From: a bacterium
Lineage (GTDB): Bacteria; Patescibacteriota; Minisyncoccia; UBA6257; GWB1-50-10
Reading direction: 5' to 3'
DNA: 64,000 nt
NCBI GenBank assembly: GCA_021814545.1
Contig: JAKAID010000001.1
Span: 41,590 to 105,589, forward strand
In this document: positions 18,813 through 29,879 of the stretch, piece by piece
How the letters are laid out: each line of letters starts with the position of its first letter
How positions within the stretch are numbered: position 1 is the first letter of the stretch
Translations under genes and position numbers: made by a program
The notes under the pieces: model-generated
Database searches by the model: none
Seen by the model: only the letters and a program-made list of their open reading frames with translations
What the model was told of the DNA's origin: nothing

Positions 18813-19292
18813 ATGAGAAAACGCGGATATTACAAAAAGAGAGAGTTCGTTCCCGACACGAAGTACAACCGCACCGACATCGGCCGCTTCATCAATTACA
18901 TGATGGAAGATGGCAGGAAGGCGGCGGCAGAGCGCGTAGTGTATTCGGCACTTGAGTTCATCAAGAAGACCACGAAGGAGGACCCCATCAAGGTGTTCGA
19001 GAAGGCGATGGAGAACGCGAACCCGATGCTTGAAGTTGTTTCGAAGCGTATCGGTGGCGCGAACTACCAGATACCGCGCGAAGTGAGGCCGGAACGTCAG
19101 TTCTTCCTTGCGACCCACTGGATAATTACCGCAGCCCGCGGTAAGAAGGGCAAGCCGATGGGCGAGCGCCTCGCCGAGGAGTTTATCCTGGCGGCAAAGA
19201 ACGAAGGCAGCGCCATCAAGAAGAAGCAGGATACACATCGCATGGCGGAAGCCAACAGGGCATTTGCATCGCTCATACGAACGTCCTCGTAG
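18813..19292 (+). CDS. rpsG: 30S ribosomal protein S7
   Basis: GGANYQIP, HRMAEANRAF. Confidence 0.98.
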   Translation: MRKRGYYKKREFVPDTKYNRTDIGRFINYMMEDGRKAAAERVVYSALEFIKKTTKEDPIKVFEKAMENANPMLEVVSKRIGGANYQIPREVRPERQFFLATHWIITAARGKKGKPMGERLAEEFILAAKNEGSAIKKKQDTHRMAEANRAFASLIRTSS

Positions 19293-19358
19293 AGTCGAAG
19301 CGGGTCGGCTCTCGAGGGAGAGCCGATTTTTTAAAAATACATTATTATTAATCAACGT

Positions 19359-21473
19359 ATGGCCAGGGAATATCCAATTGAAAAAGTTCGTGACATCGGT
19401 ATTATTGCGCACATCGACGCGGGAAAGACCACCGTATCGGAGCGCGTGCTTTTCTATACTGGCGTTTCGCATAAGATAGGCGAGGTGCATGAGGGCGAGA
19501 CCGTCATGGACTGGATGGACCAGGAGCGCGAGCGCGGTATTACGATTACCGCTGCGGCGACGACATGTTTCTGGACCCCGACCTATGTGCCGGCGGCAGA
19601 CAAGAAGGCATTCGAGCACCGCATCAACCTCATTGATACTCCGGGGCACATCGACTTCACCGTCGAGGTGAAGCGTTCACTTCGCGTGCTCGATGGCGCG
19701 GTCGTTGTATTCGACGGCGTGTCAGGCGTAGAGCCTCAGTCGGAAACGAACTGGCGTTATGCGGACGATTTTAACGTTCCTCGCCTCTGCTTTATCAATA
19801 AGTTGGACCGTATGGGCGCGAGCTTCGAGAACAGCTATAACTCTATTCTTGAGCGTCTCACTCCGAACGCGATTCCCGTGCAGTGGCCGATCGGTGCGGA
19901 AGAGCACTTCACTGGCATCGTCGACCTCTTGCAGAAGAAGGCATACGCATTCTCGGGCGAGAAGGGCGAGAAAATCGCCGAGATAGAAATCCCGGCGGAT
20001 TTGAAAGCGCTCGTAGACGAAAAGCATCACGTGCTCGTCGAGAAAATCTCCGAGACTGACGATGAGCTTCTTGCGAAGTACTTGGACGGCAAGATGCCGA
20101 CGCTTCCTGAATTGAAAAAAGCGCTTCGTGCGGCAACGTTGAAGGTGAAAATCGTGCCGGTGCTCTGCGGCTCGGCTTTGAAGAACAAGGGCGTGCAGCT
20201 CATGCTCGATGCGGTCATCGATTATTTGCCTTCGCCTATCGACCTTCCGCCGGTGAAAGGTATGAACCCCGTGACCCAGCAGGAGGAGGAGCGCCATCCG
20301 AAAGACGACGAGCCGCTCGCGGCACTCGCATTCAAGATCGCGACCGATCCTTTCGTAGGTTCGCTCACCTTTTTCCGCGTCTATTCGGGTACCTTGAAGC
20401 GCGGCAGCTATGTATTGAATTCGACGAAGGGCAAACAGGAGCGTATCGGCCGTATCGTGCGTATGCACGCGAACCATCGCGAAGAGGTGGAAGAAATTTA
20501 TGCGGGTGACCTTGGCGCCATTGTCGGTTTGAAAGACACGACGACCGCCGACAGCTTGGTGGACCCGGAGCATCCGCTCGTACTCGAGAGCATCACGTTC
20601 CCCGAGCCGGTTATTTCAATGCGTATTGAACCGAAGACGAAGGCTGACCAGGAAAAAATGGGCATCGCCTTGCACAAGCTCGCGGAGGAGGACCCCACCT
20701 TCAAGGTTGAGGGCGATGCAGAGACTGGCGAGACCATTATTTCTGGCATGGGCGAGCTCCAGCTCGAAGTGCTCGTGGAGCGCATGAAGCGCGAATTCAA
20801 AGTGGAGGCTAATGTGGGCCGCCCGCAGGTTGCGTACAAGGAAACCATCCGCGGCAAGGGTGACGCGGAAGGCAAGTATATTCGCCAGTCCGGCGGCAAG
20901 GGCCAGTACGGCCACGCGAAATTGAAGATAGAGCCGCTCGAGCGCGGCAAGGGCTTCGAGTTCGTCGATGAGATTAAGGGAGGCTCGGTGCCGAAAGAAT
21001 TTATTAAGCCTATCGAGAAGGGTGTGGAAGAGGCGGCAGCACGCGGCGTGGTCGCGGGCTATCCGGTCGTGGACCTCAGGGTTACACTCTACGACGGTTC
21101 GTTCCACGAAGTCGACTCGTCAGAGTTCGCCTTCAAGATCGCCGGTTCGATGGCGTTCCAGGAGGCGGTGCGGCAGGCGAAGCCGGTTGTCTTGGAACCT
21201 GTTATGAAGGTGCAGGTCATCGCGCCCGCGAACTTTTTGGGTGATATCACGGGCGACCTAAGCTCACGCCGCGCGAAAATCTCGGCGATGGGCGAGCGGG
21301 GGAACCTCCGCGTCATCGATGCGACGGTACCGCTTGCGGAAATGTTCGGCTATGTAACGAACCTCCGCTCGGCGACTCAGGGTCGCGGCAGTTTCAACAT
21401 GGAGTTCTCGCATTACGAAGAAGTGCCCAACAACGTGGCACAGACTATTATCGAGGGAAAGCAGAAGAAATAA
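19359..21473 (+). CDS. fusA: elongation factor G
   Basis: [20 protein letters not shown]. Confidence 0.99.
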   Translation: MAREYPIEKVRDIGIIAHIDAGKTTVSERVLFYTGVSHKIGEVHEGETVMDWMDQERERGITITAAATTCFWTPTYVPAADKKAFEHRINLIDTPGHIDFTVEVKRSLRVLDGAVVVFDGVSGVEPQSETNWRYADDFNVPRLCFINKLDRMGASFENSYNSILERLTPNAIPVQWPIGAEEHFTGIVDLLQKKAYAFSGEKGEKIAEIEIPADLKALVDEKHHVLVEKISETDDELLAKYLDGKMPTLPELKKALRAATLKVKIVPVLCGSALKNKGVQLMLDAVIDYLPSPIDLPPVKGMNPVTQQEEERHPKDDEPLAALAFKIATDPFVGSLTFFRVYSGTLKRGSYVLNSTKGKQERIGRIVRMHANHREEVEEIYAGDLGAIVGLKDTTTADSLVDPEHPLVLESITFPEPVISMRIEPKTKADQEKMGIALHKLAEEDPTFKVEGDAETGETIISGMGELQLEVLVERMKREFKVEANVGRPQVAYKETIRGKGDAEGKYIRQSGGKGQYGHAKLKIEPLERGKGFEFVDEIKGGSVPKEFIKPIEKGVEEAAARGVVAGYPVVDLRVTLYDGSFHEVDSSEFAFKIAGSMAFQEAVRQAKPVVLEPVMKVQVIAPANFLGDITGDLSSRRAKISAMGERGNLRVIDATVPLAEMFGYVTNLRSATQGRGSFNMEFSHYEEVPNNVAQTIIEGKQKK

Positions 21474-21501
21474 AGACCTCGCTCGGTGAATATAGTAGCA
21501 G

Positions 21502-21540
21502 GCAAATCCCGCCCCCTCGATCAAGGGGCGGGATTTGTTG
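21502..21540 (+). terminator. hairpin between fusA and tuf
   Basis: gcaaatcccgcccc/ggggcgggatttgt. Confidence 0.6.
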
Positions 21541-21571
21541 ATTGTGTATAATAAAAGACGCACGCTAACTC

Positions 21572-21600
21572 TTGACATTTTTTGCTGCATACGCGAGAAT
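21572..21600 (+). promoter_or_regulatory. tuf promoter TTGACA-17-GAGAAT
   Basis: perfect -35 at 17-nt spacing; a further TATAAT at 21547. Confidence 0.55.
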
Positions 21601-21662
21601 TAGCCTTGCTTTTAAAGAAACCTAACAGGTCGAAAAAATAAAACAAAAAGCAATACACACAC

Positions 21663-22862
21663 ATGGCAGAGAAAGAGAAATTCGTCCGTAATAAGCCTCA
21701 CGTGAACGTGGGTACGATCGGACACGTTGACCACGGAAAGACCACTCTTACCGCGGCAATGACGCACGTCCTTTTCATGAAGGGTCTTGCGAAGAAGGAG
21801 GAAGGGGTCGACAACATTGATAACGCACCGGAAGAGAAGGCGCGCGGTATTACTATTGCGCTCCATCACTCTGAGTACGAGTCGGAGAAGCGCCACTACG
21901 CGCACATCGATGCTCCGGGTCACGCGGATTACATCAAGAACATGATTACGGGTGCCGCTCAAATGGACGGCGCTATCCTCGTGGTTGCGGCAACGGATGG
22001 TCCGATGCCTCAGACGCGCGAGCACATCCTTTTGGCATACCAGGTCGGCGTGCCGAAGATTGTGGTCTTCTTGAACAAGTGCGATATGGTGGATGATCCG
22101 GATCTTATCGACCTCGTTGAGTCCGAGGTTCGCGAGCTCCTCAAAAAGTACAACTACGATGGCGACAACACGCCCATCATTCGCGGTTCAGCACTCAAAG
22201 CGCTCGAGGCGAAAACGGCCGATGACCCGGCGACGAAGCCGATCATGGATCTCGTCAAGGCACTTGATGAGTACATTCCCGACCCGCAGCGCCAGACCGA
22301 CAAACCGTTCCTTATGCCTATCGAGGATATCTTCTCGATCGAAGGCCGCGGCACCGTGGTTACCGGCAAGGCAGAGCGCGGCATTTTAAAGGTGAACGAG
22401 GAAATTGAAATCATTGGTTTGAAGCCGACGCAGAAGACGGTCGTGACCGGCATCGAAATGTTCCAGAAATTGCTCGATGAGGCGCAGGCCGGCGACAACG
22501 TGGGTATTCTTCTCCGTGGCTTGAAGAAGGAGGACGTGGAACGTGGCCAGGTTATTGCTAAGCCGGGTTCCGTTACTCCGCACACCGAGTTCGAGGCGGA
22601 GGTGTACGTGCTTTCCAAAGAGGAGGGCGGCCGCCACACTCCGTTCTTTAAGGGGTATAAGCCGCAGTTCTACATCCGCACGACTGATGTGACGGGTGAG
22701 GTGATACTTCCTGCAGGTGTTGAAATGGTTATGCCGGGCGATACGGTGAGCATCTCGGTGAAGCTCATTGCGCCGGTTGCACTCGAAGAGAAGCAGCGCT
22801 TCGCTATCCGCGAAGGTGGCAAGACCGTCGGCGCAGGTGCGGTAACGAAGATCATCAAGTAA
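21663..22862 (+). CDS. tuf: elongation factor Tu
   Basis: [21 protein letters not shown]. Confidence 0.99.
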   Translation: MAEKEKFVRNKPHVNVGTIGHVDHGKTTLTAAMTHVLFMKGLAKKEEGVDNIDNAPEEKARGITIALHHSEYESEKRHYAHIDAPGHADYIKNMITGAAQMDGAILVVAATDGPMPQTREHILLAYQVGVPKIVVFLNKCDMVDDPDLIDLVESEVRELLKKYNYDGDNTPIIRGSALKALEAKTADDPATKPIMDLVKALDEYIPDPQRQTDKPFLMPIEDIFSIEGRGTVVTGKAERGILKVNEEIEIIGLKPTQKTVVTGIEMFQKLLDEAQAGDNVGILLRGLKKEDVERGQVIAKPGSVTPHTEFEAEVYVLSKEEGGRHTPFFKGYKPQFYIRTTDVTGEVILPAGVEMVMPGDTVSISVKLIAPVALEEKQRFAIREGGKTVGAGAVTKIIK

Positions 22863-22880
22863 GGTTTGTTCCTGACGCCT

Positions 22881-23213
22881 ATGGCAAAACGAGAAGAGCA
22901 ACTTCAAAAAGAAAAACTGCGCCTTCGCATCAAGTCTTATGATGCGAAGCTCATCGATAATTCGGTGAAGCAGATCGTCGAGGCGATCAAGCGGCAGGGT
23001 GGGGACGTAGTGGGCCCCATCCCGCTGCCGACCGAGTTCAAAAAGTACTCGGTAAATCGTTCGACCTTCGTGCACAAGAAGTCCGTTGACCAGTTCGAGC
23101 TTCGCGTGCATAAACGGCTCGTGGATATCATGAATCCTCAGCAGAAGATCATTGAGTCGCTCACTGATCTCAATTTGCCGGCGGGTGTCGATGTAGAAAT
23201 AAAGATGGGCTAA
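22881..23213 (+). CDS. rpsJ: 30S ribosomal protein S10
   Basis: GPIPLPT, HKRLVDI. Confidence 0.97.
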   Translation: MAKREEQLQKEKLRLRIKSYDAKLIDNSVKQIVEAIKRQGGDVVGPIPLPTEFKKYSVNRSTFVHKKSVDQFELRVHKRLVDIMNPQQKIIESLTDLNLPAGVDVEIKMG

Positions 23214-23330
23214 TCGCCCCGTGTGTATTGACTTTTTGACCGCTTGTACATTAAGATAGTTGAGGTTTAGCCAGATTTCATCTATTGAAAACGACAAGGC
23301 AAACCCTTGTTGTTTTCATAACTACGCCCT

Positions 23331-23762
23331 ATGGAAAAGGTTATCGCGAAAAAAATGAGAATGTCCCAGATATGGAAGAACGGTGTTGCCGTTCCTGTCA
23401 CCCCGCTTCTTTGTGAAAAGGGCGATGTTGACGCATTCCTCTCCGCTCTCAAGGAGGGGGAGATGGTGGCCGTTTCGGGCATCAGCCGTGGTAAGGGTTT
23501 CCAGGGCACAGTGAAGAGGCACGGTTTCCATGGCGGCCCGAGCTCGCACGGTCAGAAGGACCGTTTGCGCGCACCTGGTTCTTTGGGTCCCACGGCGCCC
23601 CAGCGCGTGCTTCCTGGCCGCAAAATGGCGGGGCACACAGGCAATGTGCGCGTGACCGTGAAGAATCTCATGGTCGCCGAAGTGAAACCGGCAGAAAAAA
23701 TGGTATTCGTGCGCGGTGCCGTTCCTGGCAATCGCAATGGCGCGATCGAGATAAGAAAATAA
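23331..23762 (+). CDS. rplC: 50S ribosomal protein L3 (internally deleted, 143 aa)
   Basis: GKGFQG, SHG, RAPGSLG, MAGH, GAVPG; position in the S10 cluster. Confidence 0.92.
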   Translation: MEKVIAKKMRMSQIWKNGVAVPVTPLLCEKGDVDAFLSALKEGEMVAVSGISRGKGFQGTVKRHGFHGGPSSHGQKDRLRAPGSLGPTAPQRVLPGRKMAGHTGNVRVTVKNLMVAEVKPAEKMVFVRGAVPGNRNGAIEIRK

Positions 23763-23770
23763 ATTTCACC

Positions 23771-24394
23771 ATGACCACGGAACTCTACAACCAGGAGCAT
23801 AAGAAAGTCGGCACCGTTACGATGCCGGACGCGTTCTTTAATGCGGCATGGAATGCAGACTTGGTCCACCAGGTGGTCACGGCGTATGTGTCGAACCAGA
23901 GAAAGCCTTTGGCGCATACGAAGGGGCGCAGCGAGGTAAGTGGTGGTGGCAAGAAACCGTGGGCGCAGAAGCACACAGGCCGCGCAAGACACGGGTCTAT
24001 CCGTTCTCCGATCTGGAAGGGTGGTGGCGTGGCGCATGGTCCGGTTGCGGAGCGCAATTACACGAAGAAGATAAACAAGAAGATGAAGCGCGGCGCACTC
24101 GCATCCGTTCTTTCAAAGAAGATCGGCGAGCACCAAGTTTTCGTTATTGACTCGCTCGATTTCAAGGACCGCAAGACGAAACAGGTCGCAACGATGCTCG
24201 GACATTTCTTCGACAAGAAGCCAAACGTGCTGTTCGTGTCGGGCAAGGGCAACACCTCGCTTTTTGTGTCCGCGCGCAACATTCCGAACGTGGAGATAGT
24301 CCATGTAAACGAGCTTACTGTGGTGAACGGTCTTCGTCATAAGCACATTATTTTTGAAAAGGGCGCAGTAGAAGAGCTTGCCGCTGCAAAATAA
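23771..24394 (+). CDS. rplD: 50S ribosomal protein L4
   Basis: GGGKKPWAQKHTGRAR. Confidence 0.98.
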   Translation: MTTELYNQEHKKVGTVTMPDAFFNAAWNADLVHQVVTAYVSNQRKPLAHTKGRSEVSGGGKKPWAQKHTGRARHGSIRSPIWKGGGVAHGPVAERNYTKKINKKMKRGALASVLSKKIGEHQVFVIDSLDFKDRKTKQVATMLGHFFDKKPNVLFVSGKGNTSLFVSARNIPNVEIVHVNELTVVNGLRHKHIIFEKGAVEELAAAK

Positions 24395-24399
24395 TCACC

Positions 24400-24771
24400 A
24401 TGAGCGTACTCGATGTATTAAAAAAGAAGGACGAGGGGAAGAAGGCAGCCCCGGCCGCGAAAGAGGCAGCAGCAACGCCGGCGCCTGTGCACGCGTCCGT
24501 GGTTCGCAACGTTATCAAGACTCCGCACGCAAGCGAGAAGGCGTATGGATTGCACGCGCAGAACCAGTACGTGTTCATCGTTGACCCTTCCGCGAATAAG
24601 ACGCTCGTGAAGGAAGAGGTACAGCGCCATTACCATGTAAAGGTGACGGATGTGAACATCGTGGTCCACAAAGGAAAGGTGAAAAACTTCCGCGGTCGGC
24701 CGACGAAGGCTTCCATTTCCAAAAAAGCTATTGTGACCCTCAAGGAGGGCGACAAGATAGAGATCGTATAA
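24400..24771 (+). CDS. rplW: 50S ribosomal protein L23 (N-terminal extension)
   Basis: SEKA, ANK, KKAIVTL. Confidence 0.95.
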   Translation: MSVLDVLKKKDEGKKAAPAAKEAAATPAPVHASVVRNVIKTPHASEKAYGLHAQNQYVFIVDPSANKTLVKEEVQRHYHVKVTDVNIVVHKGKVKNFRGRPTKASISKKAIVTLKEGDKIEIV

Positions 24772-24775
24772 ATTT

Positions 24776-25603
24776 ATGAAACAGTACAAACCGACAACGC
24801 AGTCGCGCAGGCACATGAGCGTAGTGGAGTACCGCAAGCTTTTGACACCCGGCGTCACGCGCTTGAAGTCTCTTACGAGCGGTCGCGGCAATTTTGCCGG
24901 ACGCAACTCGCAGGGTCGCATTACCATGCGCCATCAGGGCGGCGGTAATAAGAAAATCTACCGCGATGTCGATTTTGTGCAGAAAAAGTTTGGTGTGCCG
25001 GGCCGCGTGGAATCTATCGAGTATGACCCATATCGTACGGCATTCATCGCGCGCGTTTCCTATAAAGATGGCGACCGCCGCTATGTGTTGGCGCCGAAAG
25101 ATATGAAGGTGGGCGATGTCATCATCTCGTCCGAAGATTCGCTCTTCACACCGGGCAACCGCACGTCATTGAAGCGCATTCCGGTGGGTACCTTCGTGCA
25201 CAACGTTGAGATAACGCCGGGGAAGGGCGGACAGTTGGCGCGCTCCGCAGGTGCATCGGTCCAGGTGCTCGCGAATGAGGATGGTTACACGCATTTGAAG
25301 ATGCCGTCGGGCGAGGTTCGTAAAGTATTGTGGGATTGCTACGCGACCATCGGTCAGGTTTCGAACATCGAACATAACCTTGTGGTGAGCGGCAAGGCAG
25401 GCCGTTCCCGTTGGCTCGGTATTCGTCCGACTGTGCGCGGCAAGGTGATGAACCCGCGCGACCATCCGTACGGTGGTGGTGAGGGCCGCACGCAGCGTGG
25501 CACGAGGCGCCCGAAGACAAAGTGGGGCAAGATTACGGGAGGCCGCAAGACCCGCAACAAGAAGAAGTGGTCGAGTACGCTTATCGTTTCGCGCCGCAAG
25601 TAA
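24776..25603 (+). CDS. rplB: 50S ribosomal protein L2
   Basis: EYDPYR, MNPRDHPYGGGEG. Confidence 0.99.
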   Translation: MKQYKPTTQSRRHMSVVEYRKLLTPGVTRLKSLTSGRGNFAGRNSQGRITMRHQGGGNKKIYRDVDFVQKKFGVPGRVESIEYDPYRTAFIARVSYKDGDRRYVLAPKDMKVGDVIISSEDSLFTPGNRTSLKRIPVGTFVHNVEITPGKGGQLARSAGASVQVLANEDGYTHLKMPSGEVRKVLWDCYATIGQVSNIEHNLVVSGKAGRSRWLGIRPTVRGKVMNPRDHPYGGGEGRTQRGTRRPKTKWGKITGGRKTRNKKKWSSTLIVSRRK

Positions 25604-25606
25604 GAC

Positions 25607-25635
25607 TTGTCTAAACGTCAGATTATCAGTATACT
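25607..25635 (+). promoter_or_regulatory. internal promoter TTGTCT-17-TATACT before rpsS
   Basis: consensus-like boxes in a 58-bp gap. Confidence 0.65.
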
Positions 25636-25661
25636 AATCACCGCTTTATCGAATTAATTTT

Positions 25662-25976
25662 ATGAGCCGTTCAATACGAAAAGGTCCTTGGGTGGATCCG
25701 AACTTAATAAAGAAAGTATCCCGCATGAAGCAGGGCGACCACACCGTCATAAAGACGTGGTCTCGTGATTCAGAGATCGCGCCGGAGATGGTGGGCTTTA
25801 CGTTCGGCATTCACAATGGCAAGGACTTTATCGAGGTAACGGTGGGCGAAGACATGATCGGACACCGGTTCGGCGAGTTCTCTCCGACCCGTAAGTTCAT
25901 CAAACACGGCGGCAAGATGCAGCGCGAGCTTGAGAAGCCCGCGGCCCCCGCAGCAGCACCGGCAGCAAAGAAATAA
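25662..25976 (+). CDS. rpsS: 30S ribosomal protein S19
   Basis: KTWSR, HNGK, GEFSPTR. Confidence 0.98.
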   Translation: MSRSIRKGPWVDPNLIKKVSRMKQGDHTVIKTWSRDSEIAPEMVGFTFGIHNGKDFIEVTVGEDMIGHRFGEFSPTRKFIKHGGKMQRELEKPAAPAAAPAAKK

Positions 25977-25985
25977 TACGAACCC

Positions 25986-26501
25986 ATGCAAACCGTTTCT
26001 GCACAACTTAAGTATCTCCGCGGCTCGCATAGAAAAGTGCGCTTGTTCGCGAGCGTGATAAAAGGTCTTTCTGCGAACGAGGCAGAGGCGCAGCTTTTGA
26101 TTTCGGCGAGCCGCTCGCGCGACGCGCTCATCCGTTTGCTCCGCAGCGCGGTAGCGAACGCGACGCACAATGCGAAGCTCGACCCGAAGACACTTTTTGT
26201 AAAAGAAGTGCGCGTGGACGGCGGTCCCATGCAGAAGCGTTGGACTCCGCGTGCTCGCGGCAGCGCCAGCAAGATAGAAAAGAAGACGAGCCATGTTACC
26301 ATCGTGCTCGGTGTTCGTGAATCGAAACCCATGAAGTATACCATCGTTCCGGCGAAGAAGACCGAAGCGAAGGAAGCGAAAAAGAAAACGACCGAAGATG
26401 CAAAGGTGAAACACGCGCACGAGGAGAAGGCGGGCGCGGAAAAGCCGAAAGAGAAGCGCTCCGGCGCGGGTCCGAAGATGTTCCAGAGAAAATCTATCTA
26501 A
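25986..26501 (+). CDS. rplV: 50S ribosomal protein L22 (C-terminal extension)
   Basis: SAVANA, PRARG, SHVTIV. Confidence 0.96.
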   Translation: MQTVSAQLKYLRGSHRKVRLFASVIKGLSANEAEAQLLISASRSRDALIRLLRSAVANATHNAKLDPKTLFVKEVRVDGGPMQKRWTPRARGSASKIEKKTSHVTIVLGVRESKPMKYTIVPAKKTEAKEAKKKTTEDAKVKHAHEEKAGAEKPKEKRSGAGPKMFQRKSI

Positions 26502-26506
26502 ATTTT

Positions 26507-27184
26507 ATGGCACAGAAGATTAAACCGACAACGCTCCGCCTCGGCATCACCATTCCTTGGTCCAGCCGCTGGTTTTTAACCAAGAAATCGAAGTATTTTT
26601 TGGAAGAGGACCACATGATACGCGAGTTCGTCCGCGAGAAGATAAAAGAAGCAGGCATTGCCGGTCTTTTCATTGAACGCACGAGCGATGTGGTACGCGT
26701 GAATATCCGCGCTTCAAAGCCCGGTCTTATCATCGGCCGTGGCGGGAAGGGTATCGAGGAACTCCGCGAGCAATTGCTCCGCAAGATGAAGAAGCTCCGC
26801 GTGGCGAACAAGGTTCCCACGAGTGTTAATTTGAATCTTAATGTTGAAGAGTTGAAGCGTACGGAAATTTCTGCGGCGGTCGTTGGCCAGCAGATCGCTT
26901 CTGATATCGAGAAGCGTCAGCCGTATCGCAAGGTGATGAAGCGCGCGGTGGAGAGCGCAATGCAAAATCGCGACGTGAAGGGAGTGAAGGTAAAACTTTC
27001 CGGCCGTTTGAATGGCGCAGAGATATCGCGCACCGATTGGCTCGCGAAGGGCCGTATGCCGCTCCAGACGCTTCGTGCGAACATCGATTACGCAGAAACA
27101 ACTTCGTTCAACAGTTACGGAACGGTGGGCGTGAAAGTATGGATATACAAGGGCGAGGTTTTTGATAAAGAAGAAGGTAAATAA
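26507..27184 (+). CDS. rpsC: 30S ribosomal protein S3
   Basis: PGLIIGRGG, GRLNGAEI, LRANIDY. Confidence 0.98.
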   Translation: MAQKIKPTTLRLGITIPWSSRWFLTKKSKYFLEEDHMIREFVREKIKEAGIAGLFIERTSDVVRVNIRASKPGLIIGRGGKGIEELREQLLRKMKKLRVANKVPTSVNLNLNVEELKRTEISAAVVGQQIASDIEKRQPYRKVMKRAVESAMQNRDVKGVKVKLSGRLNGAEISRTDWLAKGRMPLQTLRANIDYAETTSFNSYGTVGVKVWIYKGEVFDKEEGK

Positions 27185-27189
27185 GCGCC

Positions 27190-27600
27190 ATGTTACAGCC
27201 GAAGAAACAAAAACACAGAAAACAGCAGAAGGGACGCTCGCGCGGGCGCCTCGTTGAAACGCGCGGTACGAAAGTTTCGTACGGCACGTACGGGCTCCAG
27301 GCCCTTGAGGCGGTATGGATGACCGCGAACCAGATCGAGGCAGGCAGAAAGACCATTGCGCACAGCATGAACCGCGAGGGCAGGCTTTGGATACGCATTT
27401 TCCCGGACAAGCCGGTCACGAAACTTCCCCCTGAGGTGACTCTCGGTGGTGGTAAGGGTGAGGTGGACCGCTATGTGTTTCCAGTGAAACCCGGCCGCGT
27501 GTTGTACGAGATCGATGGCGTGAGCCCCGAGGTCGCGAAGCGCGCGCTCACTATGGCGGGGCACAAGATGCCGGTGAAGACGAAGATTATTACCCGATAA
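27190..27600 (+). CDS. rplP: 50S ribosomal protein L16
   Basis: QIEAGR, WIRIFPDKP, GKG. Confidence 0.98.
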   Translation: MLQPKKQKHRKQQKGRSRGRLVETRGTKVSYGTYGLQALEAVWMTANQIEAGRKTIAHSMNREGRLWIRIFPDKPVTKLPPEVTLGGGKGEVDRYVFPVKPGRVLYEIDGVSPEVAKRALTMAGHKMPVKTKIITR

Positions 27601-27601
27601 T

Positions 27602-27817
27602 ATGAAGAAAGGAGACTTGCTTACTATCAAAAAGAAACCGGTAGTGGAGATCGAGAAAGAGCTCCGCGAGCTTCGTGCGAAACTCGTGAGCTTGAAGTTC
27701 GACCTCGCTGCAGGCAAGGTGAAGAACATCCAGGAAGTGCACACTGTAAAGAAAAGCATCGCGCAGTTGCTTACCGTGCTTACGGAAAGGTCAAAAGAAG
27801 TCGCGGCCAGTAAATAA
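27602..27817 (+). CDS. rpmC: 50S ribosomal protein L29
   Basis: [10 protein letters not shown]; synteny. Confidence 0.9.
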   Translation: MKKGDLLTIKKKPVVEIEKELRELRAKLVSLKFDLAAGKVKNIQEVHTVKKSIAQLLTVLTERSKEVAASK

Positions 27818-27824
27818 TGTTGAT

Positions 27825-28052
27825 ATGAAGAAATTACAAGGAATAGTCGTGTCGGACAAGATGCAGAAGACCCGCGTTGTTGCGGTCGATCGCCAGAAGA
27901 AGCACCCCCGCTACGAGAAATATTACACCGTCACCGAGCGCTTCAAGGCGCATGACGAGAAGAACGAGTACAAGACGGGTGATACGGTGGTGATACAGGA
28001 ATCCCGTCCCATGTCTCGTGATAAGCGCTGGACAATTGTCGCAAAAGCGTAG
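27825..28052 (+). CDS. rpsQ: 30S ribosomal protein S17
   Basis: [20 protein letters not shown]. Confidence 0.97.
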   Translation: MKKLQGIVVSDKMQKTRVVAVDRQKKHPRYEKYYTVTERFKAHDEKNEYKTGDTVVIQESRPMSRDKRWTIVAKA

Positions 28053-28085
28053 ATACTGGGAAAACGCAAAATTTAACCGAACCGA

Positions 28086-28451
28086 ATGATCCAAGAGCGT
28101 TCCATATTAAAGGTGGCCGATAACAGCGGAGCAAAGACCGTGCGCTGTTTCCGCGTGCTTGGCGGCAGCCGCAAGCGCTACGCGACTGTAGGCCAGATCA
28201 TTGTTGCTTCGGTGCAGGTGGCGGAGCCGAGGAAACAGGTGAAGAAGAAAGACGTGGTGCGCGCGCTTGTCGTACGTTCCCGTAACCCCATTCGCCGCGC
28301 CGATGGCTCTTACATCCGTTTTGATGATAATGCGGTGGTGTTGATCGATAAGGGAGAGCCGAAAGGCACCCGTATCTTCGGTCCTATCCCGCGCGAAATT
28401 AAAGAAAAGGGATACGACACTATAGCGTCCCTCGCAGAAGAACTCGTCTAA
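28086..28451 (+). CDS. rplN: 50S ribosomal protein L14
   Basis: VADNSGA, FDDNA, GTRIFGP. Confidence 0.98.
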   Translation: MIQERSILKVADNSGAKTVRCFRVLGGSRKRYATVGQIIVASVQVAEPRKQVKKKDVVRALVVRSRNPIRRADGSYIRFDDNAVVLIDKGEPKGTRIFGPIPREIKEKGYDTIASLAEELV

Positions 28452-28469
28452 TCCACCAAGCCTTACCCC

Positions 28470-28775
28470 ATGAACATCAAGAAAGGAGATACAGTAAAAA
28501 TACTCATCGGAAAGGACAGTGGGAAGACCGGGAAGGTCTCGCGCGCTATTCCGAAAACGAACAAGGTGTTCGTGGAGGGTTTGAATTTGTATAAAAAGCA
28601 TGTGCGCGCAAAGCGTCAGGGGGAGAAGGGCGAAGTGATCTCACTTGCGCGCCCCATGAGCGCCTCGAACGTGGCCATTGTGTGTAGCCACTGCAACAAA
28701 CAGACGCGCATCGGTGCGCGCCGCGAAGGAGACAAAAAAGTCCGCATTTGTGCGAAGTGTGAGGCCGCTATTTAA
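28470..28775 (+). CDS. rplX: 50S ribosomal protein L24
   Basis: KOW IKKGDTV..GKD; Zn-type CxxC pairs. Confidence 0.96.
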   Translation: MNIKKGDTVKILIGKDSGKTGKVSRAIPKTNKVFVEGLNLYKKHVRAKRQGEKGEVISLARPMSASNVAIVCSHCNKQTRIGARREGDKKVRICAKCEAAI

Positions 28776-28780
28776 GTAAT

Positions 28781-29293
28781 ATGAAAAAAGAGACTAAGAA
28801 AATTTCATACGAGCGCAAAGACCTTTTGAAGGTCGTGGTGAACTGCGGCATTGGAAAACTTCGCGGCCAATCACAATTTGATGAGAAGGTGCTCCCCGAG
28901 ATAGAGAAGGAGCTTGCGGCCATCACCGGCCAGAAGCCGGCAGAGCGCGCGGCGACTAAATCCATTTCTACGTTCAAGATACGCGAGGGCGAGGTGGTTG
29001 GTTTGCAGGTCACGCTTCGCAAGCAGCGCATGATGGATTTCCTTGCGAAAGTGGTGAGTATTGTGCTCCCGCGCGTGAAGGACTTCCGCGGCTTAGAGCT
29101 TTCGAATGTTGACCATGACGGTAACCTGAACTTCGGGTTCCGTGAGCAAACCGTGTTCCCCGAAATAAACCCGGAGCGCTCGCGCGTTTCGTTCGGCGTG
29201 CAGGTAACGGTCGTTCCGCGCAATAAAGATCGCGAGGCGGCGATTGCGTTATATCGGTCGCTTGGGGTACCATTGAAACACTCTGAAAAGTAA
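28781..29293 (+). CDS. rplE: 50S ribosomal protein L5 (short N-terminus)
   Basis: [19 protein letters not shown]. Confidence 0.96.
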   Translation: MKKETKKISYERKDLLKVVVNCGIGKLRGQSQFDEKVLPEIEKELAAITGQKPAERAATKSISTFKIREGEVVGLQVTLRKQRMMDFLAKVVSIVLPRVKDFRGLELSNVDHDGNLNFGFREQTVFPEINPERSRVSFGVQVTVVPRNKDREAAIALYRSLGVPLKHSEK

Positions 29294-29295
29294 TT

Positions 29296-29481
29296 ATGGC
29301 GAAAACATCTGTCATCGCGCGGTCAAAGAAGAAGCCGAAGTATTCAACCCGCATCGTGAGGCGTTGTTTCCGCTGCGGCAGGAAGCGCGGCTATATGAAC
29401 GATTTCAATCTCTGCAGGATCTGCTTTAGAGAGCTTGCGAGCCGCGGAGAAATTCCGGGAGTTAAGAAATCATCCTGGTAA
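29296..29481 (+). CDS. rpsN: 30S ribosomal protein S14 type Z
   Basis: CFRCGR..CRICFRE. Confidence 0.97.
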   Translation: MAKTSVIARSKKKPKYSTRIVRRCFRCGRKRGYMNDFNLCRICFRELASRGEIPGVKKSSW

Positions 29482-29491
29482 TCCAAGTGTT

Positions 29492-29863
29492 ATGTATATC
29501 GATTTATTGAACAAAATAAAGAACGCGGAGGCTGCCGAAAAGTATTTCTTGAAGACGAAATACTCGAAGATGGACAATGCGGTCGTAGAGATACTTGCGC
29601 GCTACGGATTCGTGAAGAGCTTCGAAGTGAAGGGCAAGTCCTACAAGAAGGTCATCGAGCTTGAACTTGATATGAAACGTCCTATTCGTGGCGTGAAGTT
29701 CTTGAGCAAGCCCTCGCTTCGCAAGTACGCAGGCTATGAGGAGTTCAGGCGTGTAAAGAGCGGCCACGGACTTCTTGTGGTGACGACCTCAAAGGGCGTG
29801 ATGTCCGGCGATGAGGCGAAGAAAGAAAAGGTTGGGGGTCAACTCCTTTTCCAGGTCTGGTAA
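29492..29863 (+). CDS. rpsH: 30S ribosomal protein S8
   Basis: SKPSLRKY, TSKGVM, GGQLL. Confidence 0.95.
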   Translation: MYIDLLNKIKNAEAAEKYFLKTKYSKMDNAVVEILARYGFVKSFEVKGKSYKKVIELELDMKRPIRGVKFLSKPSLRKYAGYEEFRRVKSGHGLLVVTTSKGVMSGDEAKKEKVGGQLLFQVW

Positions 29864-29879
29864 GCATTTATTCAACTAT

